Positions 24,481-37,800 of a DNA stretch of 64,000 nt are shown in pieces. The notes beneath the pieces were generated by a model. The model had not been told where the DNA came from, did not search any database, and was given only the letters and a program-made list of their open reading frames with translations. Origin of the DNA: Eledone cirrhosa (Eukaryota); contig OZ024741.1 of the NCBI GenBank assembly GCA_964016885.1, positions 258,168,001 to 258,232,000 on the forward strand, read 5' to 3'. The position numbers were made by a program, and so were the translations under genes. Within the stretch, counting starts at the first letter, position 1. Every line of letters begins with the position of its first letter.

Positions 24481-27400
24481 GTTTCGACTTACGAGTGTTT
24501 CGACTTACGAGTGTTTTGACTTACTGGTGTTTTGACATACGAGTGTTTCGATACGAGTGTTTCGACTTACGAGTGTTCTGACTTACGAGTGTTCTGACTT
24601 ACGAGTGTTTCGACTTACGAGTGTTCTGACTTAGGAGTGTTCTGACTTACGAATGTTCCGACTTACGAGTGTTTCGACTTACGAGTGTTTTGACTTACGA
24701 GTGTTTCGACTTACGAGTGTTTCGGCTTACGAGTGTTTTGACTTACGAGTGTTCTGACTACGAGTGTTCTGACTTACGAGTGTTTCGGCTTATGAGTGTT
24801 TCGACTTACGAGTGTTTCGGCTTATGAGTGTTTCGACTTACGAGTGTTTCGGCTTACGAGTGTTTCGACTTACGAGTGTTTCGACTTACGAGTGTTTCGA
24901 TTTACGGGTGTTTCGACTTACGAGTGTTTCGACTACGAGTGTTTCGACTTACGAGTGTTTCGACTTACGAGTGTTTCGACATACGGGTGTTTCGACTTAC
25001 GGTGTTTCGGCTTACGAGTGTTTCGATACGAGTGTTCTGACTTACGAGTGTTCTGACTTACTAGTGTTCTGACTTACGAGTGTTCTGACTTACGAGTGTT
25101 TCGGTGTACGAGTGTTTCGACTTAAGGATGTTTCGACTTACGAGTGTTTCGACTTACGAGCGTTTCGACTTACGAGTGTTTCGACTTACGAGTGTTTTGG
25201 CTTACGAATGTTTTGACTTACGGGTGTTTCGACTTACGGGTGTTTCGGCTTACGAGTGTTTCGACTTACGAGTGTTTTGACTTACGAGTGTTCTGACTTA
25301 CGAGTGTTCTGACTTATGAGTGTTCCGACTTACGAGTGTTCCGACTTACGAGTGTTTCGGCTTACGAGTGTTTCGGCTTACGAGTGTTTTGACTTACGAG
25401 TGTTCTGACTACGAGTGTTCTGACTTACGGGTGTTCTGACTTACGAGTGTTCCGACTTACGAGTGTTTCGGCTTATGAGTGTTTCGACTTACGGGCGTTT
25501 CGACTTACGGGTGTTTCGACTTACGAGTGTTTCGACTTACGAGTGTTCCGACTTACGACTGTTTCGACTTACGAGTGTTTTGACTTACGAGTATTCCGAC
25601 TTACGAGTGTTTCGGCTTACGGGTGTTTCGACGTACGAGTATTTTTGGCTTACGAGTGTTTCGACTTACGAGTGTTTTGAATTACGATTGTTTCGGCTTA
25701 CGAGTGTTTCGACTTACGAGTATTTCGACTTACGAGTGTTTTGACTTATGGGTGTTTTGACATACGAGTGTTTCGATACGAATGCTCTGACTTACGAGTG
25801 TTCTGACTTACGAGTGTTCTGACTTACGAGTGTTCTGACTTACGGGTGTTCTGACTTACGTGTGTTCCGACTTACGAGTGTTTCGGCTATGGGTGTTTCG
25901 ACTTACGAGTGTTTCGACTTACGAATATTTTGGCTTACGAGTGTTTCGGCTTACGAGTGTTTCGACTTACGAGTGTTTCGACTTACGAGTGTTTCGGCTT
26001 ACGAGTGTTTCGACATACGGGTGTTTCGACTTACGGTGTTTCGGCTTACGAGTGTTTCGACTTACGAGTGTTCTGACTTACGAGTGTTCTGACTTATGAG
26101 TGTTCTGACTTACGAGTGTTCTGACTTACGAGTGTTCCGACTTACGAGTGTTTCGGCTTACGAGTGTTTCGGCTTACGAGTGTTTCGACTTACGAGTGTT
26201 CTGACTTACGAGTGTTCTGACTTATGAGTGTTCTGACTTACGAGTGTTCTGACTTACGAGTGTTTCGACTTACGAGTGTTTCGACTTACGAGTGTTTTGA
26301 CTTACTGGTGTTTTGACATACGAGTGTTTCGATACGAGTGTTTCGACTTACGAGTGTTCTGACTTACGAGTGTTCTAACTTACGAGTGATCTGACTTACG
26401 AGTGTTCTGACTTACGATTGTTCCGACTTACGAGTGTTTCGACTCACGAGTGTTTCGGCTTACGAGTGTTTCGACTTACGAAAATAACAAATAGACGCGG
26501 TTTCAAATCTCTATGCTTTTCAAATTCATTACATTAATCTTTATTTATACGTTTCGCTTTACGAGTGTTTCGACTTACGAGTGTTTCGACTTACGAGTGT
26601 TTCGGCTTACGAGTGTTTCGACTTACGAGTGTTTCGACTTACGAGTGTTTTGACTTACTGGTGTTTTGACATACGAGTGTTTCGATACGAGTGTTTCGAC
26701 TTACGAGTGTTCTGACTTACGAGTGTTCTGACTTACGAGTGTTTCGACTTACGAGTGTTCTGACTTAGGAGTGTTCTGACTTACGAATGTTCCGACTTAC
26801 GAGTGTTTCGACTTACGAGTGTTTTGACTTACGAGTGTTTCGACTTACGAGTGTTTCGGCTTACGAGTGTTTTGACTTACGAGTGTTCTGACTACGAGTG
26901 TTCTGACTTACGAGTGTTTCGGCTTATGAGTGTTTCGACTTACGAGTGTTTCGGCTTATGAGTGTTTCGACTTACGAGTGTTTCGGCTTACGAGTGTTTC
27001 GACTTACGAGTGTTTCGACTTACGAGTGTTTCGATTTACGGGTGTTTCGACTTACGAGTGTTTCGACTACGAGTGTTTCGACTTACGAGTGTTTCGACTT
27101 ACGAGTGTTTCGACATACGGGTGTTTCGACTTACGGTGTTTCGGCTTACGAGTGTTTCGATACGAGTGTTCTGACTTACGAGTGTTCTGACTTACTAGTG
27201 TTCTGACTTACGAGTGTTCTGACTTACGAGTGTTTCGGTGTACGAGTGTTTCGACTTAAGGATGTTTCGACTTACGAGTGTTTCGACTTACGAGCGTTTC
27301 GACTTACGAGTGTTTCGACTTACGAGTGTTTTGGCTTACGAATGTTTTGACTTACGGGTGTTTCGACTTACGGGTGTTTCGGCTTACGAGTGTTTCGACT

Positions 27401-28106
27401 TACGAGTGTTTTGACTTACGAGTGTTCTGACTTACGAGTGTTCTGACTTATGAGTGTTCCGACTTACGAGTGTTCCGACTTACGAGTGTTTCGGCTTACG
27501 AGTGTTTCGGCTTACGAGTGTTTTGACTTACGAGTGTTCTGACTACGAGTGTTCTGACTTACGGGTGTTCTGACTTACGAGTGTTCCGACTTACGAGTGT
27601 TTCGGCTTATGAGTGTTTCGACTTACGGGCGTTTCGACTTACGGGTGTTTCGACTTACGAGTGTTTCGACTTACGAGTGTTCCGACTTACGACTGTTTCG
27701 ACTTACGAGTGTTTTGACTTACGAGTATTCCGACTTACGAGTGTTTCGGCTTACGGGTGTTTCGACGTACGAGTATTTTTGGCTTACGAGTGTTTCGACT
27801 TACGAGTGTTTTGAATTACGATTGTTTCGGCTTACGAGTGTTTCGACTTACGAGTATTTCGACTTACGAGTGTTTTGACTTATGGGTGTTTTGACATACG
27901 AGTGTTTCGATACAAATGCTCTGACTTACGAGTGTTCTGACTTACGAGTGTTCTGACTTACGAGTGTTCTGACTTACGGGTGTTCTGACTTACGTGTGTT
28001 CCGACTTACGAGTGTTTCGGCTATGGGTGTTTCGACTTACGAGTGTTTCGACTTACGAATATTTTGGCTTACGAGTGTTTCGGCTTACGAGTGTTTCGAC
28101 TTACGA
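23838..28106 (+). repeat. Nested tandem duplication, 2,134-bp unit x2 (also at about 41390-45658)
   Basis: ORF offsets of 2,134 (24796/26930, 25447/27581, 25860/27994; 42348/44482). Inserts at 24347/26481 and 41899/44033. Confidence 0.88.
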
Positions 28107-29787
28107 ATGTTTTGGCTTACGAGTGTTTCGGCTTACGGGTGTTTCGACTTACGAGTGTTTCGACTTACGAGTGTTTTGACTTACGGTGTTTCGGCTTACG
28201 AGTTATTCGACATACGAGTGTTTCGACACACGAGTGTTTTGACTTACGGGGGTTTCGACTTACGGGTGTTTCGACTTACGAGTGTTTCGGCTTACGAGTG
28301 TTTCGACTTACTAATGTTTTTACTTACGAGTGTTTCGGTGTACGAGTGTTTCGACTTAAGGATGTTTCGACTTACGAGTGTTTCGACTTACGAGTGTTTC
28401 GGCTTACGGTGTTTCGGCTTACGAGTTATTCGACTTACGAATGTTTTGACTTACGGGTGTTTTGGCTTGCGAGTGTTTCGACTTACGAGTGTTTCGGCCT
28501 ATGAATGTTTCGACTTAGTAATGTTTTTACTTAAGAGTGTTTCGGCGTACGAGTGTTTTGACTTACGAGTGTTTCGACTTACGAGTGTTTTGACTTACGA
28601 ATGTTTTGACTTACGGGTGTTTCGGCTTACGAGTCTTTCGACTTACGAGTGTTTCGGCTGGCAAGTGTTTCGACTTACGAGTGTTTTGACTTACGAGTGT
28701 TTCGACTTACGAGTGTTTTGACTTACGAGTGTTTCGACTTACGAGTGTTTTGACTTAAGGGTGTTTCGACTTACGAGTGTTTCGATACGAGTGTTTCGAC
28801 TTACGAGTGTTTTGGCTTACGGTGTTTCGACTTACGAGTGTTTCGGCTTACGAGTGTTTTGACTTAAGGGTGTTTCGACTTACGAGTGTTTCGATACGAG
28901 TGTTTCGATTTACGAGTGTTTCGGCTTACGAGTGTTTCGACTTACGAGTGTTTCGACTTACGAGTGTTCTGATTTACGGATGTTTCGACATACGAGTGTT
29001 TCGACTTACGAGTGTTTCGACTTACGAGTGTTTTGACTTACGGGTGTTTTGACATACGAGTGTTTCGATACGAGTGTTTCGACTTACGAGTGTTCTGACT
29101 TACGATTGTTCTGACTTACGAGCGTTCTGACTTACGAGTGTTTCGGCTTGCGAGTGTTTCGACTTACGAGTGTTTTGGCTTGCGAGTGTTTCGACTTACT
29201 AATAATTTTACTTACGAGTGTTTCGGCGTACGAGTGTTTCGACTTACGAGTGTTTCGACTTACGGGTGTTTTGACTTACGGGTGTTTCGGCTTACGAGTG
29301 TTTCGACTTACGAGTGTTTCGACTTACGATTGTTTCGTATTACGAGTGTTTTGATTTGAGGGTTTTCGACTTACGAGTGTTTCGATACGAGTGTTTCGAC
29401 TTACGAGTGTTCTGACTTACGAGTGTTCTGACTTACAAGTGTTCTTACTTACGAGTGTTCCGACTTACGAGTGTTCCGACTTACGAGTGTTTCGGCTTAC
29501 GAGTGTTTCGGCTTACGAGTGTTTCGACTTACGAGTGTTCCGACTTACGGGTGTTTCGACTTACGAGTGTTTTGGCTTACGGTGTTTCGGCTTACGAGTG
29601 TTTCGAGTTACGAGAGTTTTGACTTACGCGTGTTTTGACATACGAGTGTTTCGATACGAGTGTTCTGACTTACGAGTGTTCTGACTTACGAGTGTTCTGA
29701 GTTACGAGTGTTCTGACTTACGAGTGTTCCGACTTTACGAGTGTTTCGGCTCACGAGTGTTTAGGCTTACGAGTGTTTCGACTTACG

Positions 29788-29857
29788 AAAATAACAAATA
29801 GACGCGGTTTCAAATCTCTATGCTTTTCAAATTCATTACATTAATCTTTATTCATAC
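29788..29857 (+). repeat. Interspersed 70-bp element, allele D (ends TTTATTCATAC), first of 3 copies
   Basis: Starts at 29788, 47340, 63252; each is preceded by a GTTTAGGCTTACG variant monomer. Confidence 0.92.
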
Positions 29858-30793
29858 GTTTCGCTTTACGAGTGTTTCGACTTACGAGTGTTTCGACATA
29901 CGAGTGTTTCGGCTTACGAGTGTTTTGATTTACGAGTGTTTTGACTTACGGGTGCTTCGACTTACGCGTGTTTCGACTTACGAGTGTTTCGACTTACGAG
30001 TGTTTCGACTTACGAGTGTTTCGGCTTACGAGTGTTTTGACTTACGAGTGTTTCGGCTGGCGAGTTTTTCGACTTACGAGTGTTTTGACTTAAGGGTGTT
30101 TCGACTTACGAGTGTTTCGACTTACGAGTGTTCCGACTTACGTGTGTTTCGACTTACGAGTGTTTTGGCTTACGGTGTTTCGACTTACGAGTGTTTCGGC
30201 TTACGAGTGTTTTGACTTAAGGGTGTTTCGACTTACGAGTGTTTCGATACGTGTGTTTCGACTTACGAGTGTTTCGGCTTACGAGTGTTTCGACTTACGA
30301 GTGTTTCGACTTACGAGTGTTCTGATTTACGGATGTTTCGACATACGAGTGTTTTGACTTACGAGTGTTTCGACTTACGAGTGTTTTGACTTACGTGTGT
30401 TTTGACATACGAGTGTTTCGATACGAGTGTTTCGACTTACGAGTGTTCTGACTTACGATTGTTCTGACTTACGAGCGTTCTGACTTACGAGTGTTTCGGC
30501 TTACGAGTGTTTCGGCTTACGAGTGTTTCGACTTACGAGTGTTTCGACTTACGAGTGTTCCGACTTACGGGTGTTTCGACTTACGAGTGTTTTGGCTTAC
30601 GGTGTTTCGACTTACGAGTGTTTCGAGTTAAGAGTGTTTTGAGTTACGCGTGTTTTGACATACGAGTGTTCTGACTTACGAGTGTTCTGACTTACGAGTG
30701 TTCTGACTTACGAGTGTTCCGACTTTACGAGTGTTTCGGCTCACGAGTGTTTCGGCTCACGAGTCTTTCGGCTTACGAGTGTTTCGACTTACG

Positions 30794-30863
30794 AAAATAA
30801 CAAATAGACGCGGTATCAAATCTCTATGCTTTTCAAATTCGTTACATTAATCTTTATTTATAC
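30794..30863 (+). repeat. Interspersed 70-bp element, allele E (CGCGGTATC, AATTCGTTAC), 2 copies
   Basis: Starts at 30794 and 48346 (offset 17,552). Confidence 0.92.
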
Positions 30864-31786
30864 GTTTCGCTTTACGAGTGTTTCGACTTACGAGTGTTTT
30901 GACATACGAGTGTTTCGGCTTACGAGTGTTTTAATTTACGAGTGTTTTGAATTACGGGTGCTTCGACTTACGCGTGTTTCGACTTACGAGTGTTTCGACT
31001 TACGAGTGTTTCGACTTACGAGTGATTCGACTTACGAATGTTTTGACTTACGGGTGTTTCGGCTTGCGAGTGTTTCAACTTACAAGTGTTTCGGCTTATG
31101 AGTGTTTCGACTTACTAATGTTTTTACTTACGAGTGTTTCGGCGTACGAGTCTTTTGACTTACGAGTGTTTCGACTTACGAGTGTTTTGACTTACGAATG
31201 TTCTGACTTACGGGTGTTTCGGCTTACGAGTGTTTCGACTTAGGAGTGTTTCGGCTGGCGAGTGTTTCGACTTACGAGTGTTTTGACTTAAGGGTGTTTC
31301 GACTTACGAGTGTTTCGACTTACGAGTGTTTCGACTTACGAGTGTTTCGGCTTACGAGTGTTTTGACTTAAGGGTGTTTCGACTTACGAGTGTTTCGATA
31401 CGAGTGTTTCGACTTACGAGTGTTCTGACTTACGATTGTTCTGACTTACGAGCGTTCTGACTTACGAGTGTTCTGACTTACGAGTGTTTCGGCTTACGAG
31501 TGTTTCGGCTTACGAGTGTTTCGACTTACGAGTGTTTCGACTTACGAGTGTTCCGACTTACGGGTGTTTCGACTTACGAGTGTTTTGGCTTATAGTGTTT
31601 CGGCTTACGAGTGTTTCGAGTTAAGAGTGTTTTGACTTACGCGTGTTTTGACATACGAGTGTTCTGACTTACGAGTGTTCTGACTTACGAGTGTTCTGAC
31701 TTACGAGTGTTCTGACTTACGAGTGTTCCGACTTTACGAGTGTTTCGGCTCACGAGTGTTTCGGCTTACGAGTGTTTCAACTTACG

Positions 31787-31856
31787 AAAATAACAAATAG
31801 ACGCGGTTTCAAATCTCTATGCTTTTGAAATTCATTACATTAATCTTTATTTATAC
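31787..31856 (+). repeat. Interspersed 70-bp element, allele F (GCTTTTGAAATT), 2 copies
   Basis: Starts at 31787 and 49339 (offset 17,552). Confidence 0.92.
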
Positions 31857-34800
31857 GTTTCGCTTTACGAGTGTTTCGACTTACGAGTGTTTCGACATAC
31901 GAGTGTTTCGACTTACGAATGTTTTTGCTTACGGGTGTTTCGACTTACGAATGTTTTTGCTTACGAGTGTTTCGGTTTACGAGTGTTCCGACTTACGAGT
32001 GTTTCGGCTTACGAGTGTTTCCGGCTTACGAGTGTTTCGACTTACGAGTGTTTCGACTTACGAGTGTTTTGACTTACGGTGTTTCGGCTTACGAGTGATT
32101 AGACTTACGAGTGTTTTAACTTACGGGTGTTTTGACTTACGGGTGTTGTGAATTACGAGTGTTCCGATTTACGAGTGTTTTGACTTACGGTATTTCGGCT
32201 TACAAGTGATTCGACTTACGAATGTTTTGACTTACGGGTGTTTCGGCTTGCGAGTGTTTCGACTTACGAGTGTTTCGGCTTATGAGTGTTTCGACTTACT
32301 AATGTTTTTACTTACGAGTGTTTCGGCGTACGAGTGTTTTGACTTACGAGTGTTTCGACTTACGAATGTTTTGACTTACGAATGTTTTGACATACGGGTG
32401 TTTCGGCTTACGAGTGTTTCGACTTACGAGTGTTTTGACTTAAGGGTGTTTCGATTTACGAGTGTTTTGACTTACGAGTGTTTCGACTTACGAGTGTTTC
32501 GGATTACGAGTGTTTTGACTTGAGGGTTTTCGACTTACGAGTGTTTCGATACGAGTGTTTCGACTTACGAGTGTTCTGACTTACGAGTGTTCTGATTTAC
32601 GGATGTTTCGACACACGAGTGTTTCGAATTACGAGTGTTTCGACTTACGAGTGTTTTGACTTACGGGTGTTTTGACATACGAGTGTTTCGATACGAGTGT
32701 TTCGACTTACGAGTGTTCTGACTTACGAGTGTTCTGACTTACGAGTGTTCTGACTTACGAGTGTTCTTACTTACGAGTGTTCCGACTTACGAGTGTTTCG
32801 GCTTACGAGTGTTTCGACTTACGACTGTTCCGACTTACAGGTGTTTCGACTTACGAGTGTTTTGGCTTACGGTGTTTCGGCTTACGAGTGTTTCGAGTTA
32901 CGAGTGTTTTGACTTACGCGTGTTTTGACATACGAGTGTTTCGATACGAGTGTTCTGACTTACAAGTGTTCTGACTTACGAGTGTTCTGACTTACGAGTG
33001 TTCTGACTTACGAGTGTTTCGACTTACGAGTGTTCTGACTTACGAGTGTTCTGACTTACGAATGTTCCGACTTACGAGTGTTTCGACTTACGAGTGTTTA
33101 GACTTACGAGTGTTTCGACTTACGAGTGTTTCGGCTTACGAGTGTTTTGACTTACGAGTGTTCTGACTACGAGTGTTCTGACTTACGAGTGTTTCGGCTT
33201 ATGAGTGTTTCGACTTACGAGTGTTTCGGCTTATGAGTGTTTCGACTTACGAGTGTTTCGACTTACGAGTGTTTCGACTTACGAGTGTTTCGACTTACGG
33301 GTGTTTCAACTTACGATTGTTTCAACTAAGAGTGTTTCGACTTACGAGTGTTTCGGCTTACGAGTGTTACGACATACGGGTGTTTCGACTTACGGTGTTT
33401 CAGCTTACGAGTGTTTCGATGCGAGTGTTCTGACTTACGAGTGTTCTGACTTACGAGTGTTCTGACTTACGAGTGTTCTGAATTACGAGTGTTCCGACTT
33501 TACGAGTGTTTCGGCTCACAAGTGTTTCGGCTTACGAGTGTTTCGACTTACGAAAATAACAAATAGACGCGGTTTCAAATCTCTATGCTTTTCAAATTCA
33601 TTACATTAATCTTTATTTATACGTTTCGCTTTACGAGTGTTTCGACTTACGAGTGTTTCGACATACGAGTGTTTCGGCTTACGAGTGTTTTGACTTACGG
33701 GTGTTTCGACTTACGAGTGTTTTGGCTTACGGTGTTTCGGCTTACGAGTGTTTCGAATTACGAGTGTTTCGACTTACGAGTGTTTTGACTTACGGGTCTT
33801 TTGACATACGAGTGTTTCGATACGAGTGTTTCGACTTACGAGTGTTCTGACTTACGAGTGTTCTGACTTACGTGTGTTCTGACTTACGAGTGTTCTGATT
33901 TACGAGTGTTCCGACTTTACGAGTGTTTCGGCTCACGAGTGTTTCGGCTTACGAGTGTTTCGACTTACAAAAATAACAAATAGACGCGGTTTCAAATCTC
34001 TATGCTTTTCAAATTCATTACATTAATCTTTATTTATACGTTTCGCTTTACGAGTGTTTCGACTTACGAGTGTTTCGACATACGAGTGTTTCGGCTTACG
34101 AGTGTTTTGATTTACGAGTGTTTTGACTTACGGGTGCTACGACTTACGCGTGTTTCGACTTACGAGTGTTTCGACTAACGAGTGTTTCGACTTACGAGTG
34201 TTTCGGCTTACGAGTGTTTTGACTTACGAATGTTTTGACTTACGATTGTTTCGGCTTACGAGTGTTTCGACTTACGAGTGTTCTGACTACGAGTGTTCTG
34301 ACTTACGGGTGTTCTGACTTACGAGTGTTCCGACTTACGAGTGTTTCGGCTTATGAGTGTTTCGACTTACGAGTGCTTCGACTTACGAGTGTTTCGGCTT
34401 ACGGGTGTTTCGACTTACGAATGTTTTTGCTTACGAGTGTTTCGGCTTACGAGTGTTTCGGCTTATGAGTGTTTCGACTTACGAGTGTTTTGACTTACGG
34501 GTGATTTGACATACGAGTGTTTCGATACGAGTGTTCTGACTTACGAGTGTTTCCGCTTACGAGTGTTTCGGCTTACGAGTGTTTCGACTTACTAATGTTT
34601 TTACTTACGAGTGTTTCGCTGTACGAGTTTTTCGACTTAAGGATGTTTCGACTTACGAGTGTTTCGACTTACGAGTGTTTCGACTTACGAGTGTTTTGGC
34701 TTACGAATGTTTTGACTTACGGGTGTTTCGACTTACGGGTGTTTCGGTTTAAGAGTATTTCGACTTACGAGTGTTTTGACTTACGAGTGTTCTGATTTAC

Positions 34801-37800
34801 GAGTGTTCTGACTTATGAGTGTTCCGACTTAAGAGTGTTCCGACTTTACGAGTGTTTCGGCTCACGAGTGTTTCGGCTTACGAGTGTTTCGACTTAATAA
34901 TGTTTTTACTTACGAGTGTTTCGGCGTACGAGTGTTTCGACTTACGAGTGTATCGACTTACGGGTGTTTTGACTTACGGGTGTTTCGGCTTACGAGTGTT
35001 TTGACTTAAGGGTGTTTCGACTTACGAGTATTTTTGGCTTACGAGTGTTTCGACTTACGAGTGTTTTGACTTACGAGTGTTCTGATTTACGGATGTTTCG
35101 ACATACGAGTGTTCAGATTTACGAGTGGTCCGACTTACGAGTGTTTCGACTTACGAGTGTTTCGACTTACGAGTGTTTTGACTTACGGTGTTTCGGCTTA
35201 CGAGTGTTTCGACTTACGAGTGTTTTGACTTACTGGTGTTTTGACATACGAGTGTTTCGATACGAGTGTTTCGACTTACGAGTGTTCTGACTTACGAGTG
35301 TTCTAACTTACGAGTGTTCTGACTTACGAGTGTTCTGACTTACGAGTGTTCCGACTTACGAGTGTTTCGGCTCACGAGTGTTTCGGCTTACGAGTGTTTC
35401 GACTTACGAAAATAACAAATAGACGCGGTTTCAAATCTCTATGCTTTTCAAATTCATTACATTAATCTTTATTCATATGTTTCGCTTTACGAGTGTTTCG
35501 ACTTACGAGTGTTTCGACTTACGAGTGTTTCGGCTTACGAGTGTTTTGACTTACGAGTGTTTTGACTTACATGTGTTTCGACTTACGCATGTTTCGACTT
35601 ACGAGTGTTTCGACTTACGAGTGTTTTGACTTACGGATGTTTTGACTTACGGGTGTTTCGGCTTACGAGTGTTTCGACTTACGAGTGTTTCGACTTACGA
35701 GTGTTTTGACTTACGAATGTTTTGACTTACGGTGTTTCGGCTTACGAGTGTTTCGACTTACGAGTGTTTTGACTTACGGGTGTTTTGACATACGAGTGTT
35801 TCGATACGAGTGTTCTGACTTACGAGTGTTCTGACTTACGAGTGTTCTGACTTACGAGTGTTCTGACTTACGAGTGTTCTGACATACGTGTGTTCTGACT
35901 TACGAGTGTTCCGATTTACGAGTGTTTCGCCATATGAGTGTTTCGACTTACGAATGTTTTTGCTTACGGGTGTTTCGACTTACGAATGTTTTTGCTTACG
36001 AGTGTTTCGGCTTACGAGTGTTTCGACTTACGAAAATAACAAATAGACGCGGTTTCAAATCTCTGCTTTTCAAATTCATTACATTAATCTTTATTTACAC
36101 GTTTCGCTTTACGAGTGTTTCGACTTACGAGTGTTTCGACTTACGAGTGTTTCGACTTACGAGTGTTTCGACTTACGAGTGTTTCGACTTACGAGTGTTC
36201 TGAATAACGAGTGTTCTGACTTACGAGTGTTTCGACTTACGAGTGTTCTGACTTAGGAGTGTTCTGACTTACGAGTGTTCCGACTTACGAGTGTTTCGAC
36301 TTACGAGTGTTTCGACTTACGAGTGTTTCGACTTACGAGTGTTTCGGCTTACGAGTGTTTTGACTTACGAGTGTTCTGACTACGAGTGTTCTGACTTACG
36401 AGTGTTTCGGCTTATGAGTGTTTCGACTTACGAGTGTTTCGGCTTATGAGTGTTTCGACTTACGAGTGTTTCGGCTTACGAGTGTTTCGACTTACGAGTG
36501 TTTCGACTTACCAGTGTTTCGGCTTACGAGTGTTTCGACATACGGGTGTTTCGACTTACGGTGTTTCGGCTTACGAGTGTTTCGACTTACGAGTGTTCTG
36601 ACTTACGAGTGTTCTGACTTATGAGTGTTCTGACTTACGAGTGTTCTGACTTACGAGTGTTCCGACTTACGAGTGTTTCGGCTTACGAGTGTTTCGGCTT
36701 ACGAGTGTTTCGACTTACGAGTGTTCTGACTTACGAGTGTTCTGACTTATGAGTGTTCTGACTTACGAGTGTTCTGACTTACGAGTGTTTCGACTTACGA
36801 GTGTTTCGACTTACGAGTGTTTTGACTTACTGGTGTTTTGACATACGAGTGTTTCGATACGAGTGTTTCGACTTACGAGTGTTCTGACTTACGAGTGTTC
36901 TAACTTACGAGTGATCTGACTTACGAGTGTTCTGACTTACGATTGTTCCGACTTACGAGTGTTTCGACTCACGAGTGTTTCGGCTTACGAGTGTTTCGAC
37001 TTACGAAAATAACAAATAGACGCGGTTTCAAATCTCTATGCTTTTCAAATTCATTACATTAATCTTTATTTATACGTTTCGCTTTACGAGTGTTTCGACT
37101 TACGAGTGTTTCGACTTACGAGTGTTTCGGCTTACGAGTGTTTCGACTTACGAGTGTTTCGACTTACGAGTGTTTTGACTTACTGGTGTTTTGACATACG
37201 AGTGTTTCGATACGAGTGTTTCGACTTACGAGTGTTCTGACTTACGAGTGTTCTGACTTACGAGTGTTTCGACTTACGAGTGTTCTGACTTAGGAGTGTT
37301 CTGACTTACGAATGTTCCGACTTACGAGTGTTTCGACTTACGAGTGTTTTGACTTACGAGTGTTTCGACTTACGAGTGTTTTGACTTACGAGTGTTCTGA
37401 CTACGAGTGTTCTGACTTACGAGTGTTTCGGCTTATGAGTGTTTCGACTTACGAGTGTTTCGGCTTATGAGTGTTTCGACTTACGAGTGTTTCGGCTTAC
37501 GAGTGTTTCGACTTACGAGTGTTTCGACTTACGAGTGTTTCGATTTACGGGTGTTTCGACTTACGAGTGTTTCGACTACGAGTGTTTCGACTTACGAGTG
37601 TTTCGACTTACGAGTGTTTCGACATACGGGTGTTTCGACTTACGGTGTTTCGGCTTACGAGTGTTTCGATACGAGTGTTCTGACTTACGAGTGTTCTGAC
37701 TTACTAGTGTTCTGACTTACGAGTGTTCTGACTTACGAGTGTTTCGGTGTACGAGTGTTTCGACTTAAGGATGTTTCGACTTACGAGTGTTTCGACTTAC

